A DNA stretch of 64,000 nt from Chrysomallon squamiferum. Taxonomy: Eukaryota; Animalia; Mollusca. A program made the position numbers and the translations under genes. Location: positions 17,608,001 through 17,672,000 of the forward strand of contig CM022671.1 of the NCBI GenBank assembly GCA_012295275.1, read 5' to 3'. Below the pieces are notes generated by a model. The model saw only the letters and a program-made list of their open reading frames with translations. It was not told where the DNA came from and did not search any database. Each line of letters starts with the position of its first letter. Within the stretch, counting starts at the first letter, position 1. Of the stretch, positions 28,276-43,949 are shown piece after piece.

Positions 28276-28939
28276 GTTGTTGTTGTTGTTGTTATTATTA
28301 TTATTATTTAATTATTAATATTATCGTCATCATTATCATTATTATTGTTGTTTTTGTTGTTGTTATTCTAAAACTTATAAAATTTGTTTTTAATTATTTT
28401 GTTACTGACAAAGTTTAAATTAATATTTCGTTAATTTTAGTGTATTCTGTGTTCTGTATTAAGATGCAGATCAATAAACACAGATCTGGAATCAAACAAA
28501 CAGAGAACTGTGCCATCATAAATTTTAAAGAGTGTAACTAACTATCTGTTTCTAATGTGTGTTCTGTTTAAACTTTAAAATAAATAATTTTCAGTACTAA
28601 AGTTTATTTTATTATGAATCGTTAATGTTCTTAAATTCCATAATCATTTTTAGTCTCTCACTATTTAAAAATAAAAAAACAGTAAAGAAAAACTTTCAGT
28701 CTAGATACACGGATGTTGAGTGTATCTATTTTTCTATTTATGTAACAATACGAATTTAAATTTAGATTAAAAAAAACCTGGAGATTATTTCAGTATTCAA
28801 TGATTTAGGTTTTAGCATTAGATAATAACTAACAAACGTTAAGATATTTGGCAATAGCTGATAACCTAAATTGTCTAAGATTTGCGATTTTATGCCTACA
28901 GTATATTTTATGATTGCTTTATATTATTTATCAAGCATG

Positions 28940-29004
<65 letters not shown>

Positions 29005-29828
29005 CTATTATTATTATTATTAAATATGAATATGAATATTGGTAATGACATTTTAATATATTGTTTTAATAAGCAATGAATAGTTATTTAATTAGATTTT
29101 ATATTAATGATTACTTTATGTTAAATGTTTATAATATATGCATATTTGTATTATATAACTGCCTTTATTGAATAATATATATATATATATATATATTTGT
29201 TAATGACTCAACACATTTTAATACTGATATCAATAAATGGGGAAATTATTTTGAAATAATTAATGAATGTTTGTTAAATGAATTGTCAGCATATATTGCT
29301 AGTAATAATTATTATATGCATGAATGTCTGATAGTGAAATTTATTTATTTATTTATTTATTATTGTTATTGTTGTTGTTGTTGTTGATACTATTATTACT
29401 ATTATCACTGTTGTTGTTATCGTTGTTGCTGTAGTTCTTTTTCTTGTTAATGTTATTAGTGTTACTATTATTATTATTATTACTACTACTACTACTACTA
29501 CTACTACTACAACTACTACTATTATTATCACCAGACATTTAAAGTGATATAGGGGTCGGTATGCCCTGATTCACAGCCTGATATTACAAACAGACTGAAA
29601 TTGACTAATCAGACATATCAGCAAATATATGTACATACATATATGTATGAGTGCTCTTTCTTTGAATATTTCCGTTACTTATTGTTGAGTTTTAATTTGA
29701 ATTATTATAATTAGTAGTAGTAGTTGTTGTTGTTGTTGTTGCTGCTGAAGTAATAGTAGCCACTGTAATGACAGAAGTATAAATATAAAACTATTATCAT
29801 TAAATGCCTCATACCGAAATCGACAATT

Positions 29829-29861
<33 letters not shown>

Positions 29862-30540
29862 TACAAAGATTTTAGTTTAAATATATAAAATATAAATCTC
29901 TATTCCGATAGAAACGATATCCACTGAATGAATTCGTTTATGTCTATGGTTACCGTTTGAAGTCTACCGATATCGTTGCGATGAAAGACATAACTGACTT
30001 CAAAGATATCAGTTTCTGCCTCGTTTCAAAAACAGTCTAGATACGGCCATGGAATATCTGAATTATTATTATTATCATAATTATTTTCATTATTATTATT
30101 AGCAGCAGTTGCAGTAGTAGTAGTAGTAGTGGTGGTGGTGGTGGTGGTGGTAATGATAGCAGTAGTAGTAGCTGTAGTAGTAGTTATAGCAGTAGTAGTA
30201 GCAGTGGTAGAAGTGATAGCAGTAGTAGTAGTAGTATTTATGTACATATGTATGTATATATATGTTATTTTTTTCAGTTATTTTTTTTTAAATTATTTAT
30301 TTACTTATTTATGTAAAAAAAAAATTTTTTCTTTTCTTCTTACGTTAGTGCTATTTCTGCAGCTTCTGTTCGTTAAATGACAGCAGTGTTGTTTTAATAT
30401 AGTCTCGCAAGAATCGCAAATATTAATGCCCCTGTTGAATCATTATTATTGAATTAATATCGACCTGTCTCCCTGTGTATGAAATTCAAGTCTTTCTTAC
30501 ACATCACGAGCTAATAAAATGGAATTAATAATAAAAAAAA

Positions 30541-30573
<33 letters not shown>

Positions 30574-31085
30574 AATGGCATCATCCGGTCATATAACTCA
30601 TAAAATAAAACGCGGCCATGTTTTTGTTCTTCAGTGAAATAATTTATAATAATTATATAAAAATGACGTCTTTATACGTCATGGCTCTGGCTAAAAATAG
30701 TACAGTTATTGATTTCTGTATTCGGATTCTAATTTAGTTTTGGTCAAGGCATTGTTTGTTTTCTGCCGAATGGTTTTAATCTGGGTTTTTTTTTATTATT
30801 ATTATTATCTTCTAAAGCGTTTATTTATTTATTTATTTGTTAATGGTTATTACGTATGAAACGTGTATAGTGTTTGCGTGCTAGAAACTCAATGACAATA
30901 ATTGTTTTTTTTTAAATACGTTATTTATTTTTTTCTTGTTGTTATCATTGTTTTCATCATCATCGCCATAATTTATCGTTATCATCACTATCACTGTTAT
31001 TATTATTATCATTATCATCACTGTTATTATCATCATCATCATCATTATCAATATTGTTATTATCATCATTATCATTCTTCTTCTT

Positions 31086-31116
<31 letters not shown>

Positions 31117-31118
31117 TG

Positions 31119-31165
<47 letters not shown>

Positions 31166-31914
31166 GTTATAAAATATTCATGTAGTTCACATATGGATTT
31201 TATATTTAAAATGAATATTGCTGTTATGTAACATATGCTCCCGTAAAACTGTTTTACATCTAATCAATTATATATCTTTAGTATGTTTAAATTAAATATA
31301 TTTCATAAGAGGTAATCCCTATCTAGACCTTATTATGTATTTATTTATTTATTTATCTATTTGTTTGTTTGTTTGTTTGACTGTCTGACAGTCTGTCTGT
31401 CTTTTTCTTTGTTTATTTATTTATTTATTTATTTATTTATATTTTTATTTGTTTATTTAGTCTCAAAATGTTTATGAAGGATAATAAATCATGAAATGGC
31501 TTGTGGTTCATTTCATGAAAATTTATTGTTATATTATTTTTTTTATTATTATTATTTATCACATACAGAACTCCATGAATATTTTCATTTAAAAAAGGGT
31601 GAAGAAAAACGTAAAATGGAATTTTAGTTCTAAAAGGAGAATAATATCGATATAAAATTAACGGTGTTTTTGTTAATAAAAAGTAAAATGTAATTTCTAT
31701 AAAAATGATGATTAAATTTGAATTCAGATTAGTTTTATATAGTTTCGACGGGTTTTACTTCTGGAGACGTTTTAGTTGTGTTTGTGTGTGTTTTCATGTT
31801 GTGTGTGTGTGTGTGTGTTTGTGTGTTTTCATGTTGTGGATGTTTGTCTGTAAACACTGTGTTTTAACGCAGGAAGACAAATATATTAACAGTTATTAAG
31901 AACCACACATCCAT

Positions 31915-32195
31915 TCATACATACACACATGCATACATCATACAAACATACATACATACATACATACAAATAAACGTAAACGTACATACATACATACATA
32001 CATACATACATACATACATACATACATACAAACATACATACGTACATACATACATACATACAAACATACATACATACATATATAGATACATAGATACAAT
32101 TAAACGTACATACGTACATATATACATACATACAAACATACATACGTACATACATACATAATACAAATATACATACATACATACATACATACATC
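31915..32195. repeat. (TACA)n microsatellite
   Basis: Directly visible. Similar tracts occur at ~21935-22110 and ~45755-45930. Confidence 0.93.
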
Positions 32196-33025
32196 GATAC
32201 ACACACGCGCGCGCATGACATTAATATACACTGCATAATTCAAATGTTTTTGAATAAACTGTGCTACTAATTTCTTCTGGTAACCAGCATAATTATTGCG
32301 GGTTAGACACACACTCTTCTATTTTATTCAGCAATTACTATTTGCAAAAGTATGTGAATCAAGTATACCATTTTTAACTGGGGAACTAACCTGTCATTAG
32401 CTCATGGTACTTTTTTTTTATTTACGTATTTATTATTAATTGAATAATGGACTTAAAAACTAAGAAATTCGATCTCAAAGAAAATAATAGCAATAATCTA
32501 CAAAAAAATAAAATTATAATGACATTACGACATTGCAAGGCGCAGAAGAACAATGTAACTCATTTTTGTCCAAATTTCTTTTTAAAAATATAAATTGATT
32601 GACATCTAACTAATCCCACCCCTCATTTCCCTGGTTCCTCCAGGATCTTTTCCTTATCTGCAGACATTTTAATTTCTTTTTCGCGTACCTCGGGTTTTAT
32701 TTTTGAAAATGGTTTTCAGGGATTTTGGCAACAGAACGATTCCAATGACAGATAATGCAGATGTGTTATTATCCCAGAGGACGCCATTTTGCAAAGATCG
32801 AGTGCTTTCTTGTGTTAATATCAGAAGAGGCAGCCGAAGACAAAGACTCGAATCTACGTCCACGCTGTACTGTAACTGACAGGTATACAACATTCCACTT
32901 CGTGACATAAAATGTGAAAATAAATGTTTCCAGACAACAGCTTTCTTCAGACTATAAATATTTATATTACAAATATACAAAAATTTACATATACATTCCA
33001 GAATTCACTATCTGTACCTCTACCC

Positions 33026-33082
<57 letters not shown>

Positions 33083-34503
33083 GTATATATCCTTTAACAT
33101 TAACACACCATTTGTTTTTTTTAATTTATTTTCTTATTTATTCCGCAATAATTTGCATTTCCTATAACCATATTTAAAAAATAAATAAATTAATAAAAAA
33201 AAAAAAAAAAAAAAAACCAAATCCAATATATTTAAATTATCTATAATCATTATTCATTCCTTAATTTATTTTGGCGAGTATAGGTCGCCAGCTGTGATAA
33301 TTGTGCGTGTGACACCACCAAAAATGCAATTATCATTTGACCGCAGCAAATACCACGCATACAGGAATTTAATTACAGTATTATAGATTAGTCTAAACTA
33401 TCGCAATTTTAGCTTTGCAACGATCTATAAATGCGTCAGCTTCCGTTGAAAATAAAGCTGGGTCAAACTATTAAGTGCAGTTCTTCGAAAACAATTTCTT
33501 CGATTTAAAAAGAAATCGATGTACGATCATTTTTAAAAGGGTAATATAAAGCCGAGTGTTGTAAAAAGATACTAAACGTGGTATATTGCCAGTGACTGTA
33601 ATTCTCAGCGAAGTGAATAAAATGAAATAATGCGAGTGGTCTTGATTGCTTTACCATCAGACTTAATTCGAAAAATACACATCACACTAGGATGTATGTA
33701 CATACGTAGATACGTGTGTAAACACACACACACGCATACAAACATGTATGTATGTATGTACGTATGTACGTATGTATGTATGTATGTATGTATATATGTA
33801 TGTATGTATCTATGCATGCACAGACAGACAGACAGAGATTTGATAGCTACAGATACAGATATAGCTTTAGATAAATATCGATAAACAGTTGACCCCAGTG
33901 TCTTAGAAAACACAAGAGAGAGTAGTTAATTACGAAAATACAAAATGTGGCTGCTGTTGTTCATTTGGTAAAGATGGATGATATAAATTATCAATAAAAT
34001 TCAACAATTGCTTCCACAAAATCGTTCTTAAATAAAAAATTATTTCTGTATGATGCAATTTTATATATATATATATATAAGATTACGCTTTAAATGTAAA
34101 TATAGAATATACAGACGTAAGGTTTTTGGCTTAACCAGTAACTGATCTTCAGCTCTTGATTTGAATTGATTGTAAAATAAATTAAGATAAATAAGGTCAC
34201 AATAACACGAAATGAGTTCAACCAAAGAGAATCGCTTTCTATATTTAATGACTGTAATAAAAAATGCAACGTGCCTTGGAACGCAGAAAGAAGTGTTTTG
34301 TTATTTTGGGGGATTGTTCTATGTGTGTGTGGGGGGGTATTTTTAATAGTGATTCCTCTTTCTTTCTCTCTTTCTCTCTCTCTCTGTCTCTGAACCTATC
34401 TTTCTCCCTTACCCTGTCTGTTTATATTTCGTTCGACCTAACTATACTGCTCCACTTTCCTTTTTTATTCGATTCCTATTTCTGGTCCATCTTACTCCTT
34501 CAT

Positions 34504-34585
<82 letters not shown>

Positions 34586-34812
34586 AGAATCTCTCTTTCG
34601 CAGTTTAAAATGTTTTTTCTTCAACTGAATACACTACATAATTGTGCTGCACATTTGTCTTTATGTCACTGAAGTCCAGTATTTCGTATTGATCGTGTTC
34701 TGGGATCTGTAAAAACACTCTGTATTTATTCTCTCATTGGCATCAGTTCATCATGTCTTTGACAGCAAATTCCTCACTTTATGAATCCCAAGCCTTTGAT
34801 CAGGCACACATC

Positions 34813-34850
<38 letters not shown>

Positions 34851-35688
34851 CACAAAAATAATATAATAACTATAACACAAAATTCGCTGCAATAAAATAT
34901 TTATGAAAATAAAATTAAAAGCAAAGCTATAGCCATTATATATGAAACCAAATAGCTGTTGATATGAACAAAATAATAATAATTAAATAAAATAAAAAAC
35001 AAAAAATACAACTAAATTTCTTTATTTTACAACAAAAAAAAAAAAATAAATAAATAAATAAAAGAAGATTGATAAAATGAAAAGAAAAGTTAATTGACGT
35101 TAGTGTGAAAGCACTTAGAAACAGGAGCGACATGTTTAAGAATTTCATCGCAAATAGAAACACTCTTCATCGACTTATCTTGGAAATCGGGGACTCCCAA
35201 GATAACAGTTAAGGGATAAGCAATTTTTCACCGCTGCATCGATTAAATCATCAAGTGGTTTTTGGTTCCGAGCAAACTGAATTGTATGTCAGAGCTTTCA
35301 ATCCGTCAAATCTACAAAATCTCTAATGGTCTTCCAGAAGGCCGCGCGTCCTGTCAGAGACTCAAAACTCGATAGCGATGCGGCTAAGCCACTGCTCTTA
35401 AGAAACCGCAGATAGTCCGATCGAATCTCGGCGTTTTTGCTCTGCTCGTATAACAAATTACGCCAGCGTTAAGGATACGTTATGGTACTGGCGCTGTTCG
35501 CAGTTAATGTTGTGAAGTACCAGAATACGTCTTGTTGTATTCTAGAACGATAGCAAGAAAAGGAACAAATAAGTGAGACGAAGATAAAAAATTATTTAAA
35601 TATTATGTGTAGATTTTACTCGTTAGGCTCTTGCGCGCTAGTTAGAATGCTTTATTTATTATTAATCCTACCAGAATGCTGTAAGTAT

Positions 35689-35719
<31 letters not shown>

Positions 35720-36119
35720 TTCGTTTATTTATTTATTTATTTATTTAGTAATTCATTCTTTCTTTCATTTATTCTTTTTTATATTTATTTATTCATTCAT
35801 TCATTTTGCATTTATATACATAGTTTCTTACTTAATTACACTTTTTTTTTCAGTTTTACCTGTCAATAAATAATTAAAAATTATTATTTCTTGATTACGA
35901 ATATATTTGCATTACTGGCATAACATTAAATTATTATACTTACTGAATTATGCATTTTTATTTCCCTATTACGTAGATGAAATAGTTTTTAATATTATAT
36001 TTTCAAGTTATATCTAATAAAATTTGCATATAAGTGATGAACTAGGAACGAAATAAATAAATAAATAAATCATTTTATTTAATTAAAGCACTATAAGTCC
36101 AATAATGAATGAATGAATA

Positions 36120-36264
36120 AATAATAATAACAACAGAAATAATAACATTAACAATAATAATAATAACAACAATAATAATAGTAATGATAATAAAAATAAT
36201 AATAATAACTGTAATAGTAGAAGTATTAGTAGTAAGAACAACGACAGTCATAATAATAATACGG

Positions 36265-36334
<70 letters not shown>

Positions 36335-36430
36335 TAATAATAATATCAATAACAATAACAATAATAGTAATATTAATAATAATAAATAATAATAATAAGC
36401 GTAATAGTAATAAATATAACAGTAATAAAA
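36120..36430. repeat. (ATA)n trinucleotide microsatellite region
   Basis: Directly visible. Confidence 0.9.
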
Positions 36431-36852
36431 TGACAACACTGACAAAAGTAACTGGAACAGTTCTGTATAAGCTATCACAACAAACGTGCGTGCAAGTGTC
36501 TAACTGTTTTACTGACTACAGCGTTGTTCTTAATTACCCATGGGGTATTTATCAGGGAAAAGCTATGCTGGTTTAGTTCCCGTTCATGTATATTTAAAAG
36601 GAAAACAAAAATAACATTGGCTTGATACAGTTTAATCACTCGAGTAAGTATAAAGCTTTTAAAATATTTACATCTTTACATACACGTGTCACGTTTTTCA
36701 CTTTTTCCTATTTCGTTTGTGTGCTTTTAGTATCTCTCTCTCTCTCTCTCTCTCTCAACGTATCTATAGTTGTGATATATCTGTGTAGTCCTATGTAAAT
36801 ATATGTATAGTTATGTATGTATATAAATGTATCGGGTTTTTTTCTATATACT

Positions 36853-36914
<62 letters not shown>

Positions 36915-37171
36915 GTCACACACATTCACACGTGCGCAGACATACACAAAGATATATATTTAATTATCTACATCTTTATGCACATAAAAATCAAGAATGT
37001 TTTCAAGGTCATATTTCTATGATGCTGTTTTACTCATAATACACATACTTGTTTGTGTGCCTCTGTGTTTGTGTATGTGCGTGTGTGTGTAGCTGTGTGT
37101 GTGTGTGTCTCTGTCTGTGTGTGTGTCTCTGTGTGATTGTATTCGTGTGTGTGTGTTTATCTCAAATGCAT

Positions 37172-37212
<41 letters not shown>

Positions 37213-37686
37213 CACTCTATCTTGGACTCCGCATCGGACAACACATTTCAAAGAATATCTTACGTAGTACTTTCCATCTCAAGGGCAGTTTTCCGCGGCG
37301 CTGTTTCTTTTCATTAGACATCATGAAGATTGAAAAACAATAATCCAATTTGGCCCGAAATTGTCGGTCGTCATTTAATTATCCGCGTTTCAGAGGGCGC
37401 CTACGTTTCGTGTGACAAGAGCAAATCTACACGTATGTTGTGCAAAATAAAATGCGTTGTCCGAGTTAGAAAAACCAGCTACGCTGAAACGTGATCGCAG
37501 AGTGCAAGACAGAATAACCTGCTGTGCACCGAAAAAAAAAAAACAGCAACACAAGCGTAGAATCGATTTAAGTGAATGTAAACGAAACAATTACGTTTTT
37601 ATAAAACAGTTGGATGAAGACAGAATGAGAGAATAGCTCGAGCCGGAATAACGAATGAGTAGAAGGATCAGGATGATCTATGGATG

Positions 37687-37741
<55 letters not shown>

Positions 37742-38223
37742 GGATATAGATATAGATATATCATCATCATCATCATCATTTTTATTAGTATCGTCATCAT
37801 TATCGTCAGCTATTTTCAGAGTAAAAAGAATTGCATTTAAGAATCCTTGTCTAATTTGAATTTTTATTACACGATAGGAAATGTTTATTATAATGAGGTC
37901 TGTCCTTTTTCATTCTTCTTTTTCTTTCTGTTTTTTCTTCCATTATTATTATTATTATTACTTTTTTAAATTCTGAACAGGGCCACGTAATACTTCAGTG
38001 TATTTTAATCTTATTTTATTTTTTTATTTTTTTTTTGTTGTTACTGTTTGTTTTATTTTTATCTTCTTTTTCATTTTGTTTCTATTTTTCTTGTTTGTTT
38101 GTTTGCTTTTTGTTGTTTTTTTGTTGTTTTATGTTTGGTTTTTTTTCATACTTTTTTGGTTTTGTTTTTTTCGTTTTTCGTATGTTTTTTTCATTTTTAA
38201 TTGTATTTATTTGTTTATTTATT

Positions 38224-38255
<32 letters not shown>

Positions 38256-38501
38256 CATCATCCGTTTTCCACGCTTCATATTTATTTTTATCTTCAGGTT
38301 TCATTGCGTCATCTTCAATTTTTAAAAATATTTTTACTCGTCATCTCTAGAATTTCACTGCATTTTTTATTATCTTTCCGCGAAATGAATTAATTATTAA
38401 TATTCATACAGCCTTGGCGCAAGCAGTCAAATGTCAGAGATTGCTTGTCTCTCTCTCTCGCTGTAGGACCGCAATCTTGCCGTACATTCTACTGCATCTG
38501 A

Positions 38502-38525
38502 TGACGTCACTGTTGCCATAGAAAC
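38502..38525. promoter_or_regulatory. Perfect CRE adjacent to an RFX X-box
   Basis: TGACGTCA (38502-38509), ct, GTTGCCATAGAAAC (38512-38525). Confidence 0.45.
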
Positions 38526-38779
38526 CCGAGTGTCCTTGTCGTGAACCTGTCGCCCGAAGGTAATTGAAAACTATCCATTTTGAATTTGTCACTTTTTCGT
38601 CGATCTAATTAATCTTAGAAATACAGAACATTGCAGCTTGAGTTATTCAGAGTGTTACAAATGCTATTACAGATTCAAGATTGCCTTACAGCTAGGAATA
38701 ATTTATCCTGTTCTTTAAAATGATTATTAAACTTGATAGAAGAAAAGAACAATTTGTCTTTCATAGCCGTTTTACAAGT

Positions 38780-39475
38780 GACACTTGTAACTGCTCTCTG
38801 ACTTTCATTGCAGCGAAATGTTCAATAATCTAAAGGTTCGCTGCTCTCTGGCAATGGTTACAACTTTATAGACCGAAGGTTCGGTGCTCTGAAAGAACAT
38901 TGCTGTATGACACTGGTTACAAACAAAGATTCAGTACATCTGAAATCTACAGCCAGAAGTCTGAAGGTTTATTTCACTATGCGACACTGGTTACAGCTTT
39001 ATGAATCCAAGGTTCTATAGTCTGAAGGTATCTTGTTAACGAGATGCTGGTTACAGCCCTACAACAAGGAGTCAGTAATCGGAAGGTTCACTGCTGTATG
39101 AAACCAAAGGTTCAGAATTATCTCTGTCTATTGCTTTTCGTTACTAGTTATAACTTGTTCAGTAGTTTGAAGGTAGGTTCATTGTTTTGTGAAAAGAAAT
39201 GTTCAGTACTCTGAAGCTTCATTGCTTTCTGACAGTGGTTACATCTTCATAAATCAAAAATTCTATTGTCTGAAAATTCATTGCTTTCTGACAGTGGTTA
39301 CATCTTTATAAACCAAAGTTTCTGTAGTCGGAAGGTTCATTATTATATGACAGTCGTTACATCTTTATCAAATAAATATTCTATAGGCGATAAAAAGTTC
39401 ATTGCTTTCTGACAGTTATTACATCTTCAAAAACCAAAGATTCTATAGGAAGAAGGTTCATTACTATGCTACAGT
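38780..39475. repeat. Degenerate 59-bp minisatellite (roughly a dozen units)
   Basis: ttcattgctttctgacagtggttacatctttataaaccaaag.ttcta.agtctgaagg-type units repeat with period ~59 at 39218-39475. More diverged copies lie to the left. Confidence 0.85.
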
Positions 39476-39859
39476 TTGTTCGACTGTATTATTATAAATT
39501 ATTATTATTACATGATTTGTGCGGATTACTGCACGAGTTTTTGTTTGCAATTTACATCTATACTATCGAATTTCATGAGTTCATTGAACTACTACTCCAA
39601 GACGTGGAGTATTTTAGATATGCCAATATTGGTTAAAGGTCGCTGATTATTACCAGCTGATGAGGTTTGATCTCCCTCCGCGTGGAAACAAGATATGCAA
39701 GGCCATTAACTCAGGTCTGACCGAACGCTATAAATAAGGCGAAAGCAAATCCAAAGCCCTGATTTCTTGTCACACTTAACACGTTGATGAATAATATCAG
39801 TAGACTCTAACTTACTGCTGACGTTGAGCATCTGTCAGAGAGGCACATATGTAATTTGC

Positions 39860-40075
39860 CAGTTTGTTTGGTTTAACGAGAATGCGTTGATTAATTAGTT
39901 CTACGGACTATGTACTGATAATGGCGTGGTAATATTATAGTCTCCAGACAAAATCCACTAAGTATTCTTTCACTGATATTAAGGAATCTTTTTATTAACT
40001 TTTATATAGAAAAGACAAAATATACATTATTCGGTGTCTTCATAGTGCTTAGCTGGAGATTCTGACTTATAATTA
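39860..40075 (-). mobile_element. Degenerate SINE-like relic (with a possible tRNA-like fragment at ~39625-39680)
   Basis: gtttgtttggtttaacga... start and ggaatctttttatt core. The upstream fragment has TGGTTAAAG (A-box-like) and GGTTTGATCTCC (B-box-like). Family assignment is unverified. Confidence 0.3.
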
Positions 40076-40099
40076 TAGAAACATTCGCAGTAAATCATA

Positions 40100-40224
<125 letters not shown>

Positions 40225-40244
40225 TTTGAGTTTATGTATGTGAA

Positions 40245-40283
<39 letters not shown>

Positions 40284-41367
40284 TTTGGAATGTTAGGGTA
40301 TGTGTGTGTGCGTAAAAGTGAAAGATGATTTATGTTTCTGCATGTGTTTAAGGTTTTTTTAAATTTCTATTTGTTTGTTTGAAGATTTGTCTCATGACTT
40401 ACAAAAGGAACATCAATAAATTCATTGATTCATTATAACGATAAAAACGAAATACAAGGCAAAGCCAGTAACAGACATCTATATTGACATACGTAATGGA
40501 AACTATGGCCACACTGAACCAGAAGACTAAGCAGACACATCTCACAATTATCACTTTAAGGAAGATTTCGTTCTATAACACCTACTACAAAAGACGTGTA
40601 AGAGTGTCGGGGAACATTTCAAATCCAATCCGCCGCACGTTTATGCCTCTTTAAACGTGCCTCTTGCGATAACTGGCTGAATAAAGACCAAGATCTATTT
40701 CTGAGCAATTTGGCCAATATTGAGCGAAGTCTGCTACAGACAGATCTAATACCAACTATCTGATTACTCTTTTCACAACAAATAAATGGCTGCATTTTAT
40801 TACTTTTTCCCCCTTTTCTTGATCTGACAATGCAGAAACGTCGTTAGAATTGACGTCAATCTAAGCCAAAACACCCTAAAGAGGCGATTCGTTAAGTTAA
40901 AAACACTCAGCAGTACTTTCGACAATAAGATATTATTGTGCATTGAATAGCCGTTTTTCATAAAGACGTATATATGTGATAAAATAATATTTACTGAAAT
41001 TAGTTTACGCTCGAATAAAATTGCAGACAGGGATATGAATTATTTCCCTTTGTTCCCGAGACGTTGTGGGTGGAAAAGAAAGAGCATATGATGACCCTCA
41101 CTATTAAATAACGTAAACCAGCGTCCGTTTAACGTATCATACTTTGACTAACAATACACGCCATCAGTTACACTCAGTAATGTTGTAAATCAAACGTGCT
41201 TTGCACAGTCTACTGAAACTAAATAGATATTTATAGGAAGCTGGCAGGATGGATGAATGGAACGATTCAGAAAGAAAAAAAAATATATATATATTTTTTT
41301 ATTTTCATTTGCATAAAGGGATATTTTCGCTTCTTTATGTCGTAGATAAAATATATCTGTTTTAGAG

Positions 41368-41417
<50 letters not shown>

Positions 41418-42408
41418 TGCACAAACATTTATTATGGACAGATTGATAGATATATCTTTGTATGTATATATACATACATACATACATACATATATACATA
41501 CATACATACTGACATATCTTTATTCTGTGCAGTTAACTAAGTAAGTTTTACACATTATCTTAGATAGCTATGCTGTGTTATCTATTTTTATGATATTTAT
41601 CTGTCTGTCTGTCTATCTATCTATCTATATATCTCTCTATATATCGATCTATCTATATATATATCTGTCTAATTATTAACTTCAGTTTTCTTTGTTTTTA
41701 AGAACATTATTCCATTTTTCTGTGTTTAGAATATCCTCGAAACTTTTCCCAAAGACTCGAAAAATAATTCAGTCGTCTACGACCAAAAATAATACAAACT
41801 GATACGCCGACTCCACAAAAACAAAAATGGCGTCAGCATGATTATGTATGTGCATGATCCGTTAATCCGCTTCCTTGTCATGCATGATGAATATATGTGT
41901 GTGTGTGCTTGGGTGGAATGCATAACATCCCGGTCAGACGTCATTAATATTCTATTCTCTGTGTGTTATTTTTGGGTCGCCACGATTACTTACAACCACA
42001 ACGAAACAGCATTAATTGTAGAGTACTTTCAGCCAAGTAACGGACAGAGCACTTCGCCTGTGATCTTCAGCTAATAATTAAAATCTTAATTGGATTTTGG
42101 GGTTTTTACTGGCGGCTCGAGAAAAACAGCCACAAGAAATTAACTTTCGTCTCGTCGAGAAACCGTCACAAATCAACCGTCTTTAGAACGTCTTTGATAA
42201 AAAGTCAGCGACGACGTCTACAACTTTTCTTGAAATAAACTGACGTTGTTGTAGGTGTCACGCACGCACCTGTTTTGTCTGACTCTGCTAAGTGGGGGGG
42301 TCTGGCTGGGCTGGAGATGTTTAAATTCGGGTACAAAATGTTTATAACTATTATGTTGTATCTGAAAGGTAAAGGACTTGAGCAATCATAAACATTTTTA
42401 ACACTTCA

Positions 42409-42556
<148 letters not shown>

Positions 42557-43784
42557 TACACACACATATTTTTTTTCTTCTAAAAATCTTAATTTTCTTT
42601 CTTTGTGTTTGCAAGTGTGTGTGTATACAAATTTATAAATTTATTAAAACTTAAAGATTTTCATAAATATAAATAGATTTGTATTTTTATATAAATATAT
42701 ATTTAGGTGTATGCGTGTGTATGTATGGATGCGTGGGAGTATGGGTGTGTGGGTGCGTGCGTATGCGTACTTGAATTAATTGTATTAATTGTCTGCGATG
42801 ACATTTAATTTTAGCTGTAATGTGTAGAGATACTATTTATAATATGAAATGTTATCACCTGCCGTGATAAAGATCGTAATTCTATTCGTGGCGTCCTGAA
42901 GGTTTTTTTTATTTTTTTTTTTTTTTTTTAAATAATGCGGTCGGCTAACAATTATTTCATTTGATGTAAATTTTTTTTACAGGTGAGTAAATAGCATTAA
43001 TGTTAGCTTGACAAAAATAGTTTTTGTTTTCAAAAAGCGCTAAATTTTTGGAGAAGTTTTTCAAGGAAAAGATGAAATGCAAAGAAAGAATATCTTTCAC
43101 ATCATGATAGGTCGTTATTTAATAAATAAATTTAAAAAAATATTTTGTTTCAAAAGATAAATGGAAAAATCAACATTGCATAGTTGCTAATTTAAAACAG
43201 TTTTAAAGTTTACAATCAAATACATGCAAATGTATTATTCTTTCTTTCTTTTAACCTTTAATTTTTTCTTTCTTTCTTTCTTTCTTAACATTTTGGGGTC
43301 ATTTTCAAAAATATTGTTTTATGTATGTGATGTGTGTATGTATTGATGTGCACACACACATACTCCCATGTATTCACATATATAATGTGTATAGGAATAA
43401 CTATGTTGTTTTAATTGTTTATTTTCTCCCCCACCCCATATTCATTAGTTACTTGAGTATATATTTCTCATTTTGCAGTAACTGATCACTTCTAAAAGGA
43501 ATTTAACACTAAAGAATAAAAGCTGAACAAAAACTACTGGCTATTTTTTTAACATTTAACATTTCCTTTAAACGTTGACATTTAAGTTCATGTTACAAAT
43601 TTAACCTATTAGTTGTTTGCTGCAATCTAAAAAAAAAAAAAAATCTTCTTTTTATGTACATATTTTTTTAAAGACGCGAATTCATCCGTTTGTTATTTTC
43701 AGCAAACCTGATCAAGGGAAATAATTGAGTAATAATTACTCTTCAGACAAAGATGGCTTCTCTGCAGGAATTCGCCAGCTGACT

Positions 43785-43815
<31 letters not shown>

Positions 43816-43949
43816 TCATTTCTTCGCAGGATATCTAAAGGTCAGAAAATCTTGATGGCTTCCGGATTCCAGAAACAAACGTGAGAACGAAATTTACTTT
43901 TACGACCAAGCTTTTAAAAAGCAAATTTTTTTTTTTTTTTTTTTTCTTC

